Source: Nitrosopumilus sp. (lineage in GTDB: Archaea; Thermoproteota; Nitrososphaeria; Nitrososphaerales; Nitrosopumilaceae). Taken from it: a DNA stretch of 64,000 nucleotides. This document shows, piece after piece, positions 19,705 to 29,881 of the stretch. Position 1 is the first letter of the stretch; every line of letters begins with the position of its first letter. The DNA lies in contig OZ244732.1 in NCBI GenBank assembly GCA_965219345.1, positions 256,001 to 320,000 on the forward strand, written 5' to 3'. Position numbers and translations under genes: made by a program. The notes under the pieces were generated by a model. It saw only the letters and a list, made by a program, of their open reading frames with translations, searched no databases and was not told the DNA's origin.

Positions 19705-21145
19705 TTTTTTTCCTCTTTGATGGTTTTTGGTTTTGTATTAACTGTTCTTTTTGTTGTTTTATCTTTTGTAATAAAATTTCCGCTGGTTCATCACTTGGAT
19801 CTTGTGGAACTAGCTTGCCTTCAAATGCTTTTTTGAGAGTGCTCTTTTTTAATTGATCAAGCTTGGTCAATGAATCATCGACTTGCTTTTCAATTGCGTC
19901 AATCCTGCCAAAGATTGATTCAATCTTTGAGACGATGCGGTGCTGTTCTAGGAGTGGTGGCAAAGATACTTTGATGGATTTGAGCTGTTTTCCCGTTATG
20001 GCTTTGAATGTAGTGCCAGTCCCTTTTTGGGAGATGTGGTTTTCCAAATATCTCAAATGGTAAAAAACATACGACATGTCTGCGACTTCCAGTGTTTTGA
20101 TTGCAGATAATCCACGCCCGATACAGCATGTCTCTGGGCTGATGTTTGTCGAACCCACCGGAGCTCTAACTGAAATCAAGATATCGTTTTTCTCGGCTGT
20201 CTTTTTTGGTGAATCACACCAAACTCTGGTTGTGGGATAAAATTCTCCAAAATCTGCTTTGCCTTGGAAAAATGGAAGTCCACTTCCTTCCTTGTTGTAT
20301 GTAGACGATGGTGGAGATTGTCCTAGTATGACAGTGGAGATGTTTTCTAGATCTGTCCTAATCCATCCTTTTGGCAGATCATCTTTTTCAAAAAATAATT
20401 CTTTGACAGAATCTTTATGAATTCTCTTCAAAAGAATTTCAGCTGGCTCATCATTAGGATCTTGCGGGAGAATCCTACCCTCAAAAGCCTGTTTGAGCAC
20501 GCTACTCTTCAACTGCACCAAGCTGCCAGAAGCTGATGTAACCTGTGATGCCAATCTCTCCAGGTTTTCCCGTATTGCATCAATCTGTGCGAAGATTGAT
20601 TCAATTTTGGATACGATGCGTTTTTGTTCGTTGAGTGGTGGGATTGGTATTGGAATTGATTCTACATCTGTTTTACGTATAGAAGGCACTGTTGTAGATC
20701 TAGATAAATTTCCAAGTTTTATAGTGATGAAAAAATAATACAAATATAAAATTTCAATAACGCTTTCATTAGAAATTAATCCCATTACATTATTATCAAA
20801 AAGGGAATCTGTTGAAGAAATTGCACGTCGGTTTAATTTTAAGGCTTCACCAATTTTTGCAAATACAATTGTTCCTTTAGGAAATAACTTTCCTTTCAAG
20901 AGATCACAGATTTCTTGAGATACATAATTGTCCGATTCATTTAACCATAAACAATTATTCCGAACGGTTTTTGAAATATCTCCTACTTTGTAGAAAGAAT
21001 ATTTTTCCTTTTTTCCCCCTTGGTAAATTTTTGGAAATCCTATTCCAGAATTTACAGTACATACCGCATCTAATTTAGTTTCTATCCATCCTTTAGGAAG
21101 ATCATCTGAATTATTACCAGTGGAAGCAATATTCTTTTCTGACAA
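19694..21145 (-). CDS. hsdS: Type I R-M specificity subunit, copy 2 (complete)
   Basis: LPKGW twice, two TRDs, EQxRIVSKIESI twice, AFEG..PQDP.DEPAEILL tail. Overlaps the hsdM start. Confidence 0.95.
   Translation of the reverse strand: MSEKNIASTGNNSDDLPKGWIETKLDAVCTVNSGIGFPKIYQGGKKEKYSFYKVGDISKTVRNNCLWLNESDNYVSQEICDLLKGKLFPKGTIVFAKIGEALKLNRRAISSTDSLFDNNVMGLISNESVIEILYLYYFFITIKLGNLSRSTTVPSIRKTDVESIPIPIPPLNEQKRIVSKIESIFAQIDAIRENLERLASQVTSASGSLVQLKSSVLKQAFEGRILPQDPNDEPAEILLKRIHKDSVKELFFEKDDLPKGWIRTDLENISTVILGQSPPSSTYNKEGSGLPFFQGKADFGEFYPTTRVWCDSPKKTAEKNDILISVRAPVGSTNISPETCCIGRGLSAIKTLEVADMSYVFYHLRYLENHISQKGTGTTFKAITGKQLKSIKVSLPPLLEQHRIVSKIESIFGRIDAIEKQVDDSLTKLDQLKKSTLKKAFEGKLVPQDPSDEPAEILLQKIKQQKEQLIQNQKPSKRKKIVK
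19887..19948 (-). repeat. hsdS repeat B, right copy
   Basis: Inverted partner of 17752-17813. Confidence 0.92.
20576..20629 (-). repeat. hsdS repeat A, right copy
   Basis: Inverted partner of 17161-17214. Confidence 0.95.
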
Positions 21146-21291
21146 TTCATTGAATTAATTTTATCTTTATTTTAAGATTATTACAATAATTTCTTTCATA
21201 ATTTTTAATCATATTCCAATTGAAAATAAAAAATAGGTTAAATTATATTTTCAAACATTTGTACAAAAATAGATATTATAAGACCATAAGT

Positions 21292-22215
21292 ATGTTCACA
21301 TACAACACAAAACCAAGAAGTACGATACTCTTTGATGAATCTATAAAATCAGAATATACAAAAAAGAATTACAATAGTCATCTTAATTCATTCAAAAAGT
21401 TTGCCAAAATAAGCATCATAGACGAATTACTATTCATGCCGCAAGACAAACTACAAAACATACTAGAAGATTATCTAATAGAACTAAAACATACCACAAA
21501 TCCAAACACTATACCATCAAAGTTTCAAGGAATAAAGCATTTTTGTGTTATGAATGAAATCAATCTAAACTGGAATATAATACACAAACTGTTTCCACAA
21601 AAGCAGAAAACCCAAAGCTTGAGATCCTATACTGCAAAAGAGGTCAAGGAATTATTGTCAAACACAAAAAGCATTAGAAACAAGGCATTGATTCATTTTT
21701 TGGCCTCAACTGGTGCAAGAATTGGAGTATTTGACCATGAGTTACTAATCAAACATACTAGAAAAATGCCATTTGGTTGTATTGCAATCAAACTCTATGC
21801 AGATCATATTGAGGAATACTGGGCCTTTCTTACCACGCAGGCATCAAAAATATTGAATGCATACCATGAACAGCGTAAATTATATGGAGAGATATTTTAT
21901 GAAAATACTCCAGTTTTTACAATAAGAGATACATCAAAACAGCTTGGATGGAGTGGTGCAAGATCGGTAATATATAGAACAATATCAAAAAGCAACATAG
22001 ACAGATGCAAACAGGATAACCGTTACGATGTACAAGCAGACCATGGATTCAGAAAGAGATTCAACACCATACTCAAGATTAACAATTCTGTAAACTATAA
22101 CATTGCAGAAAAACTGATGGGACATAAAAACGGATTGGATGGCGTCTATTTTACGCCAACAGTAGAAGAATTGTTTGCAGAATTCAAAAAAATAATGCAT
22201 AAAATTGAGATCTAG
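21292..22215 (+). CDS. Tyrosine recombinase/integrase (apparently intact)
   Basis: Catalytic set STGAR, HGFR, LMGH and VYF; ATG at 21292. Confidence 0.92.
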   Translation: MFTYNTKPRSTILFDESIKSEYTKKNYNSHLNSFKKFAKISIIDELLFMPQDKLQNILEDYLIELKHTTNPNTIPSKFQGIKHFCVMNEINLNWNIIHKLFPQKQKTQSLRSYTAKEVKELLSNTKSIRNKALIHFLASTGARIGVFDHELLIKHTRKMPFGCIAIKLYADHIEEYWAFLTTQASKILNAYHEQRKLYGEIFYENTPVFTIRDTSKQLGWSGARSVIYRTISKSNIDRCKQDNRYDVQADHGFRKRFNTILKINNSVNYNIAEKLMGHKNGLDGVYFTPTVEELFAEFKKIMHKIEI

Positions 22216-22329
22216 TCAAAATTAAATTCGTATTGTCCATTATACACGCAAAAATTTTGTGAATCATATGTGTGGGTATTTTTATAGGATTTTGACTATC
22301 AACCAAAAGATTACATTTAGATTGTTTTA

Positions 22330-23016
22330 TTATTCATCTGTCTTCTCTTTCTCAATTTTCTCTACATGGTAATCTAATTTCTTTATCATGTTAACGGTAA
22401 GATCCAAACTACTAATTAGTGGCCTGTCTTTTTCTGGATGAAGATTCTTTTTTATTTCCTTGATTCCAGACTCTGCTAGCATGCCTGCTAAATCTCGATA
22501 GTATTTTTTATGAGAATCACGATACTGATCCTCATTAATTTCATTCGTATTTCGGTATGTGGCATATTTTCCAGTAGATTGTGAAGATATTCCCTGTGGA
22601 TGAAATACAAATATTGCATCCAAGAGTTTTTGCATATTGTCCAAGCTAAAAACATCTTGGGCAAGATTTCTTTGTATATTCTTAAAGTGCTGTAGAACAT
22701 ATTCCTCCCCTACCAGATCAAAGCTTAGTGTGGATTTTATGATGCTGGCAGGCAGATTCGAATAATTCTGTCTAATGTATTCCCTATCTGAATTTTCAGA
22801 TGTCCTATCTGACGTTATGTTGGATATTCTAATTATCTCAGATAGCATCATAAAGGCATTTACGGAATTTGTTATCTTGGAGATAATGTCGTTTTTTGCC
22901 TTTGAGAGTCTTTTGGTCTCTGTCTTTGTTTGATTCCCAGTAGCAAACTGTTGGTTATGGTGACCTTTGAGAAAATCTAGTATCTTCTTTTCAAACGCGG
23001 TCAGCTCTTGTTCCAT
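22330..23016 (-). CDS. Hypothetical protein
   Basis: 228-aa ORF with no recognised motif. Confidence 0.6.
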   Translation of the reverse strand: MEQELTAFEKKILDFLKGHHNQQFATGNQTKTETKRLSKAKNDIISKITNSVNAFMMLSEIIRISNITSDRTSENSDREYIRQNYSNLPASIIKSTLSFDLVGEEYVLQHFKNIQRNLAQDVFSLDNMQKLLDAIFVFHPQGISSQSTGKYATYRNTNEINEDQYRDSHKKYYRDLAGMLAESGIKEIKKNLHPEKDRPLISSLDLTVNMIKKLDYHVEKIEKEKTDE

Positions 23017-23397
23017 TACTTCATAAATAGTGGATGTATATTAAAAGTCTACCAATATTTGAGAAAGTAATTTACTTGTGAAGCCTAGATTTTTTAATAA
23101 TATATTTAATAATTTCAATAACACAATACTACAGATAATAATCATAACATTAAGAGAAAGTGGAACCACTGGGTGAAAAACAATGGAAACAACTAACTGA
23201 CGCACTCAACAAAAGTCCAACTCCAGAAAAGACAATTTGTAAAAGAATCAGTAGAGTGTTTTAAACATCTAAAAGAACAAAAAGAATAGATCCCACATTG
23301 TCATCTGATGGCTTTTTGTTTATGGCAAAAAAATTATTGTATTTGCTACACTTGCAATGACGCATGTGAAAATAAAATGAATATCCTGAAAGAATAT

Positions 23398-23988
23398 TTA
23401 CAAAAGGATTCGATTTAAAAATTTTCCATCAAGTTTTATTGTTTCATCAACTGCGTCAAGTAAAGAGTTGTTTATAGCAAATCTTGAAAAATATGCCAAT
23501 ACAGTTTTAATTCCTACCTCTTTAGCTTTTTCAATAGCATACACAAAATCACTATCACTTGCAATTAGAATAACTTTATCTGTTTTCTTTTGCATGCTTA
23601 ATTGTACTATGTCAACTCCAATTTGTATATCTACACCTTTTTGATTAAATTGAAATTTTTGACAATCAGGATCCCATACTTTTTGTAATCTACCTAACTT
23701 GACTTCATATTGGCATGATTTTCCAACATTATATGAAATCGTTGTACATTTCTATACATCTCTGTTTCATGTTGTAGGAGGATTACTTACAGTTGGCATA
23801 CAGTTATGGCAAAAGGCATCAACTATAGTAGTAGAGTTACTTAGCTCAGAAATTAATTTGGCATAATCGATTTTGATATGTTTTGTTTTGCAACATTTTC
23901 CAACATATCCCGCATCAATGAAAATAGTAGAATTAACTGAACCGGCGTTGTCCAAGTTACCCTGACCAACACTGGCGGTCATATACAT
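23398..23988 (-). pseudogene. NYN (LabA/DUF88, PIN-like) domain gene, disrupted
   Basis: IFIDAGY in the 5' fragment; QKGVDIQIGVD and ASDSDFVYAI in the 3' fragment; stop/frameshift near 23700-23770. Confidence 0.8.
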
Positions 23989-24276
23989 ATAGTGGTATTA
24001 AAAAAATCTATTTAGTCTTTTCGGATACAAAATTCAATTATGCTTTATAAAAGGACAGATACCAAATTGCATGCAAAAAAGAGCACAGATAAAATGCAAG
24101 TTAACAGAGATGAGCAATAAATGGTAAATGAATCCCTGAAACATCTAGACAAGTTTGGATTTTTTGTGACTAGGAAAAATTTTTGTGTGTAAAAAGGTAT
24201 GGTTACTTTTTTCGATCAAATTTTGGAAAAAACAATTTTTGTAAACAACTTAATAGGATAATGACAGAAAGCGAGC

Positions 24277-24741
24277 ATGTCATTGAATATTGGAGATGTT
24301 GCTCCTGACTTTGAACTTCCAGATACAGAATTGAAGATGCGGACTTTGGATGAATTTAAAGGGGAAAAAATCGTACTATCATTCATAGTTGCTGCAAGTT
24401 CTCCAGTTTGTGAAGCTGAGCTATGTACACTTAGAGATTCCTGGCAAGAGATTTCAGATCTTGGCGCGCAAATAGTATCAATCAGTAATGATGGACCATT
24501 TGCAAACAAGGCATTTGCAGAAAAACACAACTTCAATTTTCCATTATTAGGAGATTATAACAGTAAAACAATTCGTGATTACGACATACTGATGAAAGAT
24601 TTGCTTCACATTAAAGACTACAATGCTGCAAAACGTTCTGTTTTCATAATAATGGAAGATGGAAAGATTGGTTACAGATGGGTTTCAGAAGATCCATTAA
24701 AAGAACCAAACTATGAAGAAATTAAAAATTTTCTAAAATAG
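24277..24741 (+). CDS. Peroxiredoxin (AhpC/TSA family)
   Basis: GDVAPDFELP, SPVCEAE and KRSVFII motifs. Confidence 0.92.
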   Translation: MSLNIGDVAPDFELPDTELKMRTLDEFKGEKIVLSFIVAASSPVCEAELCTLRDSWQEISDLGAQIVSISNDGPFANKAFAEKHNFNFPLLGDYNSKTIRDYDILMKDLLHIKDYNAAKRSVFIIMEDGKIGYRWVSEDPLKEPNYEEIKNFLK

Positions 24742-24751
24742 AAAAAAATTT

Positions 24752-25264
24752 TTATTCTATTTCTGCAATAACGTAGCCTTTGGCAACGGTTTCAGTTTCC
24801 TTAACTTTAATTGATTTTATAACACCATCTTTGTGTGCTTTAATGGCTACCTGCATTTTCATGGACTCCAAAGTACAAACAACATCGCCTTTCTTTACAG
24901 AGTCTCCATCGGCAACTGCGATCGATACAACCTTTCCTGGAATTTGGCTTTTCAAAGCTAATTGTGCATTGCCAGTGCCACCTCCACCAGTGTTTTTGTA
25001 AACAATTTCATCAAAGTGGGCATGAACGTTTAGAGTAATTGGAACATTGTCAATTACAAGATTCATTTCACTTGTAGATTGTTCAAGATATTTTGCTCTG
25101 TGGTATTTTTGGTCCAAAATGAATTCAATTCCCTTTGAAGTCATATTAAGAATTTTTAGTTGGTGTTCGTTATCATTGATTTTAATTACATATTCATTGT
25201 TACCAAGGTTTTCTGTTATCTTTCCTTCAAATGACTTTTCAATATCTGGTATTTTATAATCCAT
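24752..25264 (-). CDS. accB: Biotin carboxyl carrier subunit of acetyl/propionyl-CoA carboxylase
   Basis: ESMKM biotinylation motif. Confidence 0.93.
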   Translation of the reverse strand: MDYKIPDIEKSFEGKITENLGNNEYVIKINDNEHQLKILNMTSKGIEFILDQKYHRAKYLEQSTSEMNLVIDNVPITLNVHAHFDEIVYKNTGGGGTGNAQLALKSQIPGKVVSIAVADGDSVKKGDVVCTLESMKMQVAIKAHKDGVIKSIKVKETETVAKGYVIAEIE

Positions 25265-25270
25265 GATTCA

Positions 25271-26758
25271 TCAATCCAATTTATTTTTCCAGTTGGAATT
25301 GTTGGCAGATTGGTTTTGTATGCGGCTCTTAAAGTATTCAGAATGAATTATTGCCGCAGCTAAAGCTGCTTCGCTTTTCTCCTCTCTTTCCTTCTTGAGA
25401 TCTTCAGTCAATCTATCAATCATGCCATGACGCTTGAGAAAATCAGTGGAAAGATCCCCGTTTTTGTATTCATCGGAGTTTAGAATTGTTTTGTATAGAG
25501 GAATTGATGTTTCTACTCCTTGAATGTAAAAGTCATTTAATGCTGCAAGCATTCTAGTTCTAGATTCTTCAAATGTTTGACCCCATGTGACAAGTTTTGC
25601 CATAAGTGAGTCATAAAATGGGGAAACTGTACAGCCAGGATACAGGTAGGTATCACATCGAACACTCGGCCCAGCTGGGATTATTACATCTGGAACAGGC
25701 CCGGTAGAGGGGGCAAAGTCCAAGAAAGTATCTTCTGCATTGATTCTACACTCTATTGCATAACCATTCATTTTGAGATCACCTTGTTTGAATGGAATTG
25801 GCTCTCCATTTGCAATATCTAATTGCAATTTAACCAAATCCAGTCCTGATACAAATTCTGTAATTGGGTGTTCTACCTGTAACCTAGCATTGATTTCAAT
25901 AAAGTAGAATTCGCCATTATCGGCTCTAAGAAATTCAGCGGTTCCCAAGTTAGTATAGCCAACCGCATCTGCTGCTTTACAGACCAACTCGCCTATACGT
26001 GCCCTTGTTTCTTCATCAACCACAGGTGAAGGAGTTTGTTCAATTAATTTTTGGTTACGCCTTTGAATTGAGCATTCTCTTTCAAAGATGTGAACTGTAT
26101 TACCATGAGTATCTCCAGCCATCTGGTATTCAATGTGTCGAGTTTTTTCAAGGAATTTTTCTACAAGAATGGCAGATTTCCCCACTGCCGCAATTGATTC
26201 TCCTGTAACAGATTCATAGCCTTCACGTAATTCTTTATCACTAGTTACAATCCTAATTCCACGACCACCCCCGCCATAAACTGATTTTAACATAACAGGA
26301 TATCCAATTTTATTTGCAATTTTTTCTGCGTCATCAGCATCTTTTACCAGGCCAGGACTGCCAGGAACAGTTGGAACTTTGGCTTTTAACATTGCAGCCT
26401 TACATTTCATTTTGTCACCACAAAGATCCATTGAATCTGCAGATGGGCCAATGAAGTTAATTTTATTTTTTTCACACAGTCTTGCAAAGTCATCGTTTTC
26501 AGAAAGAAAACCATAACCTGGATGAACAGCATCAGTACCAGATGATAGCATTACTTCAAGAATTTTTTCTTGGTTGAGGTATGATTTCGCAGGAGCTGCT
26601 TCCCCGATGCAATATGCTTCGGTAGCCTGTTTTACGTGTAAAGAATTGTAATCTTCATCAGAGTAAACTGCAACGGTTTTGATTCCAAGTCTCCTACATG
26701 TTCTAATTACACGTAAAGCAATTTCTCCTCTGTTTGCGATTAGTACTTTTTCAATCAT
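25271..26758 (-). CDS. accC: Biotin carboxylase subunit
   Basis: ANRGEIA, HPGYGFLSEN, GGGGRG and RLQVEH motifs. Confidence 0.96.
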   Translation of the reverse strand: MIEKVLIANRGEIALRVIRTCRRLGIKTVAVYSDEDYNSLHVKQATEAYCIGEAAPAKSYLNQEKILEVMLSSGTDAVHPGYGFLSENDDFARLCEKNKINFIGPSADSMDLCGDKMKCKAAMLKAKVPTVPGSPGLVKDADDAEKIANKIGYPVMLKSVYGGGGRGIRIVTSDKELREGYESVTGESIAAVGKSAILVEKFLEKTRHIEYQMAGDTHGNTVHIFERECSIQRRNQKLIEQTPSPVVDEETRARIGELVCKAADAVGYTNLGTAEFLRADNGEFYFIEINARLQVEHPITEFVSGLDLVKLQLDIANGEPIPFKQGDLKMNGYAIECRINAEDTFLDFAPSTGPVPDVIIPAGPSVRCDTYLYPGCTVSPFYDSLMAKLVTWGQTFEESRTRMLAALNDFYIQGVETSIPLYKTILNSDEYKNGDLSTDFLKRHGMIDRLTEDLKKEREEKSEAALAAAIIHSEYFKSRIQNQSANNSNWKNKLD

Positions 26759-28302
26759 AGATTGATGTTTCCGTGTTTTCTAGGTAGTTGTCTTTCTCTT
26801 TTGTTTTCAAGCATCCCAAGTGCTTTTATTAGCATAGGTCTTGTTTCAGCTGGATCAATTACATTGTCAACAGTTCCATGAGATGCGGCAACGTAAGGAT
26901 TTTCAAATTTTTCCGCAAATTCATCAATTAGTTCTTTTTTGAGAGGTTCAGGGTCTTTAGCTTTTGCAAGTTCCTTTCTATACATGATTTTTACGGCTGC
27001 TTCTCCGCCTAGAACTGCACATCTTGCAGTGGGCCACGCATAGTTAATGTCAGTTCCAAGATTTTTGCTTCCCATTGCAATGTAAGCCCCACCATATGCT
27101 TTGCCAATAACTAGTGTGATTCTTGGAACAGTAGCTTCACAAAATGCATAGAGTAATTTGCTTCCATGTCTAATGATGCCATTGTGTTCTTGATTAGAAC
27201 CAGGCATATAGCCGGGAGTATCCACCAAAGTGACAAGGGGTATGTTGAAGGAATCACAGAATCTGATAAAACGTGCAGCCTTGCTTGATGAGTCGATATC
27301 AAGTGCGCCTGCAAGATGCATGGGATTATTCGCGATAAATCCGACAACTCTACCATTCATTCGTCCATAGCCAACTACAATATTTGGTGCAAATAGCTTA
27401 TGTACCTCAAAGAATTCATGATTGTCAACAATTGAGTTAATGATGTCTTTCATGTCATATGGTTGCAAAGGATTTTCTGGAATTATGTTAATTAGATTAT
27501 GATCCAATCTATTTGGATCATCATCAGTCGTAGTTTTGGGCGGCTCCTCAGTATTATTTTGTGGAAGATATGAAAGTAATTTTTTGACATAATCCATGCA
27601 CTCGTATTCATTTTGCGCAACAAAATGTGCAACTCCACTTTTTGTACCATGTGTCATTGCGCCACCAAGATCATCAAATGAAATTTCTTCACCTAATACA
27701 GTCTTGACTACGTCAGGTCCTGTAACAAACATAGTTCCTATTTTGTCAACCATAATTACAAAGTCTGTCATTGCGGGAGAGTATACGGCACCGCCTGCTG
27801 AAGGACCAATGCTTGCAGTAATTTGTGGAATCACTCCAGAAGCTAATTGGTTGTAATAAAAGATATCTGCAAATCCATCAAGACTCATAATTCCTTCTTG
27901 GATTCTAGCACCGCCGGAATCCATTACACCTATGATCGGGCATCCTGTTTTAAGTGCATGTTCCGTAAGCTTAGTAATTTTTTTAGCTCCCATTCTACTC
28001 AATGTTCCACCAAGTAAAGTAAAGTCATATGCAAAGACAAAGATTTGTCTGCCATTTACTGTTCCATAACCACAAACCACACCATCTGTAAAGAATTTCT
28101 TTTTCTGCATATCATATTCATGATAATGGTGCGTTACCAATGGATCAATTTCGGTAAAAGTACCTTCATCAAGTAAAAGATTGATTCTTTCACGGGCAGT
28201 TAATTTACCCTTATCATGCTGAGCCTTGATTCTATCTTGGCCCCCTCCTTGTAATGCTGTGTTATTCTTTTTGGTGTATTCATCAATCTTTTCAGAATGC
28301 AT
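26755..28302 (-). CDS. pccB: Acyl-CoA carboxylase, carboxyltransferase subunit (3HP/4HB cycle)
   Basis: KLTARERI, DSGGARIQEG, KAYGGAY and RKHGNINL motifs. Confidence 0.95.
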   Translation of the reverse strand: MHSEKIDEYTKKNNTALQGGGQDRIKAQHDKGKLTARERINLLLDEGTFTEIDPLVTHHYHEYDMQKKKFFTDGVVCGYGTVNGRQIFVFAYDFTLLGGTLSRMGAKKITKLTEHALKTGCPIIGVMDSGGARIQEGIMSLDGFADIFYYNQLASGVIPQITASIGPSAGGAVYSPAMTDFVIMVDKIGTMFVTGPDVVKTVLGEEISFDDLGGAMTHGTKSGVAHFVAQNEYECMDYVKKLLSYLPQNNTEEPPKTTTDDDPNRLDHNLINIIPENPLQPYDMKDIINSIVDNHEFFEVHKLFAPNIVVGYGRMNGRVVGFIANNPMHLAGALDIDSSSKAARFIRFCDSFNIPLVTLVDTPGYMPGSNQEHNGIIRHGSKLLYAFCEATVPRITLVIGKAYGGAYIAMGSKNLGTDINYAWPTARCAVLGGEAAVKIMYRKELAKAKDPEPLKKELIDEFAEKFENPYVAASHGTVDNVIDPAETRPMLIKALGMLENKRERQLPRKHGNINL

Positions 28303-28403
28303 AACAGTGATCTAAAGCATGAGAGTTTCCTATATTAATTTAGTTTGGTGATGGAAACATTGTCAGGTTTTTGCTAAAATTCAAGTATATTCGTTTTAGA
28401 AAT

Positions 28404-28715
28404 TTAGGAGTTGATAATTAAGAATTTCTTTTTTACTGATTTTTGGTAAGAACTAAAAGCATCCTTTTCCTCACTGCATTTCTTACAGATACATAATTGA
28501 GATACGTTTGGGATATCACAAGTTTCCTGAAATTCACATTGAGGGCAACCAGCAGGAGCACCACATACTGCACAGCGTAATTCATTAATTTCAGCACATT
28601 TTTCATGTTTTACACCCAATCCTTTGGCCCACAATCCAATTTCATTGACTTGAATTTTTTCATTACATACTAAACAAGTCCCTGGGAACTTCATAGGAAT
28701 TTTCCTCCAGCTCAT
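28404..28715 (-). CDS. Cys-rich Zn-finger hypothetical protein
   Basis: Multiple CxxC motifs; abuts the upstream gene. Confidence 0.75.
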   Translation of the reverse strand: MSWRKIPMKFPGTCLVCNEKIQVNEIGLWAKGLGVKHEKCAEINELRCAVCGAPAGCPQCEFQETCDIPNVSQLCICKKCSEEKDAFSSYQKSVKKKFLIINS

Positions 28716-29881
28716 TAGATTAGTTCAATCTCCTTTTTGACAATATCACCAAAACTTTCTTCTATTTCTAATTCAAGGGATTTATTTTTAATGCAGAATA
28801 AAACATAAGGCAAACAAAGTGTCACAAAAGCACTAGAAGACAAATGTAATTTTTTTGCCATAACGGATGATAATGACTTTATTTTATTGCCATCCCAACG
28901 AATTCTATTAAGTAAAGGCCAAGAAAGATTGTATTGCGTATACCTAATTCTGTCATCATTTTGATATAATTCTATCAAAACATCATTTAGATAACGTAAA
29001 AGTCTCCAATTCTGAGTTTTCATAATTTTGCCATAAAGCATGTCAGCATTTGAGATAATCTCTAGATATTTGGCAAATGCCGTATTATCTAAATTACTTG
29101 TAATTATACTGGAATAGAATGCATCAATCTTTTTTCTTGGATCAATTTGCATGTAATACAAAACACCTCTAGCTTCTTCAGTTGAGTTTGCTTTAAAGAA
29201 TGCATTTACTCCGTCTTCAACATTAATACTCTCAAAAGATGTTTCAGTTTGAGGATTAAACCCAGTAACCAAAGACTGAGTCAGATTAATCATAGAGCGG
29301 ATATCGCCACGAGATTTGCCAATAACTTTGATTAAAGAACCAGGACTTAGTTTTGCACTTTCTTTTTTTAGAATGTTTTCAAGATAGACTCTCAAGAGAC
29401 GAGGCGGAATTCTTTTGAAGTAGATTGTTTTAACAACTTTTCTGATACTTTTCATCTTGTCTAAGGTATCATCGTTTGCAGCGAGAACAATAGGTACTGT
29501 GGGTTCTTTTAGAATGTCGACAAGAGCTGAAGCACCGCCATAATCACCACGACCATGAATGCCATCTACCTCATCGACAAATATCATTGGAGTTCCCAAA
29601 ACACTCACATTACCTAAAACAGGCATAAGAATTTCATTAATTCTAGATTTACTTCTAACGTCACTGGCGTTAAGTCCAATCATATCATATCCAAATTGTT
29701 TTGCCAGGAGATAGGCCATAGTGGTTTTTCCAATTCCAGGAGGTCCGACCAGAAGTAGGGGTTTTGTCCCTTTCTTCCATTTTGCAAACCATTCCATTAT
29801 AGCCGCACGAGATTCTTCGTTTCCCACCATGTCAGAAATAATCTGAGGTCGATGTTTTTCAGACCACATCAATTTAATCAC
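28715..29881 (-). CDS. rfcL: Replication factor C large subunit
   Basis: WSEKHRP, GPPGIGKTT, LNASD, DEVD and GDIR motifs. Confidence 0.88.
   Translation of the reverse strand: MIKLMWSEKHRPQIISDMVGNEESRAAIMEWFAKWKKGTKPLLLVGPPGIGKTTMAYLLAKQFGYDMIGLNASDVRSKSRINEILMPVLGNVSVLGTPMIFVDEVDGIHGRGDYGGASALVDILKEPTVPIVLAANDDTLDKMKSIRKVVKTIYFKRIPPRLLRVYLENILKKESAKLSPGSLIKVIGKSRGDIRSMINLTQSLVTGFNPQTETSFESINVEDGVNAFFKANSTEEARGVLYYMQIDPRKKIDAFYSSIITSNLDNTAFAKYLEIISNADMLYGKIMKTQNWRLLRYLNDVLIELYQNDDRIRYTQYNLSWPLLNRIRWDGNKIKSLSSVMAKKLHLSSSAFVTLCLPYVLFCIKNKSLELEIEESFGDIVKKEIELI

Larger units (their letters stand above)
12060..24200. mobile_element. Defence island with type I R-M, two integrases and an NYN pseudogene
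   Basis: Accessory block between nuoA and the peroxiredoxin gene. Boundaries are approximate; no att repeat was found. Confidence 0.7.

Noticed and set aside
12040-24240. att direct repeats bounding island 2
   Set aside because: No convincing shared sequence was found by eye; only a local GCACATT(T)ATAG doublet near 12050-12070.
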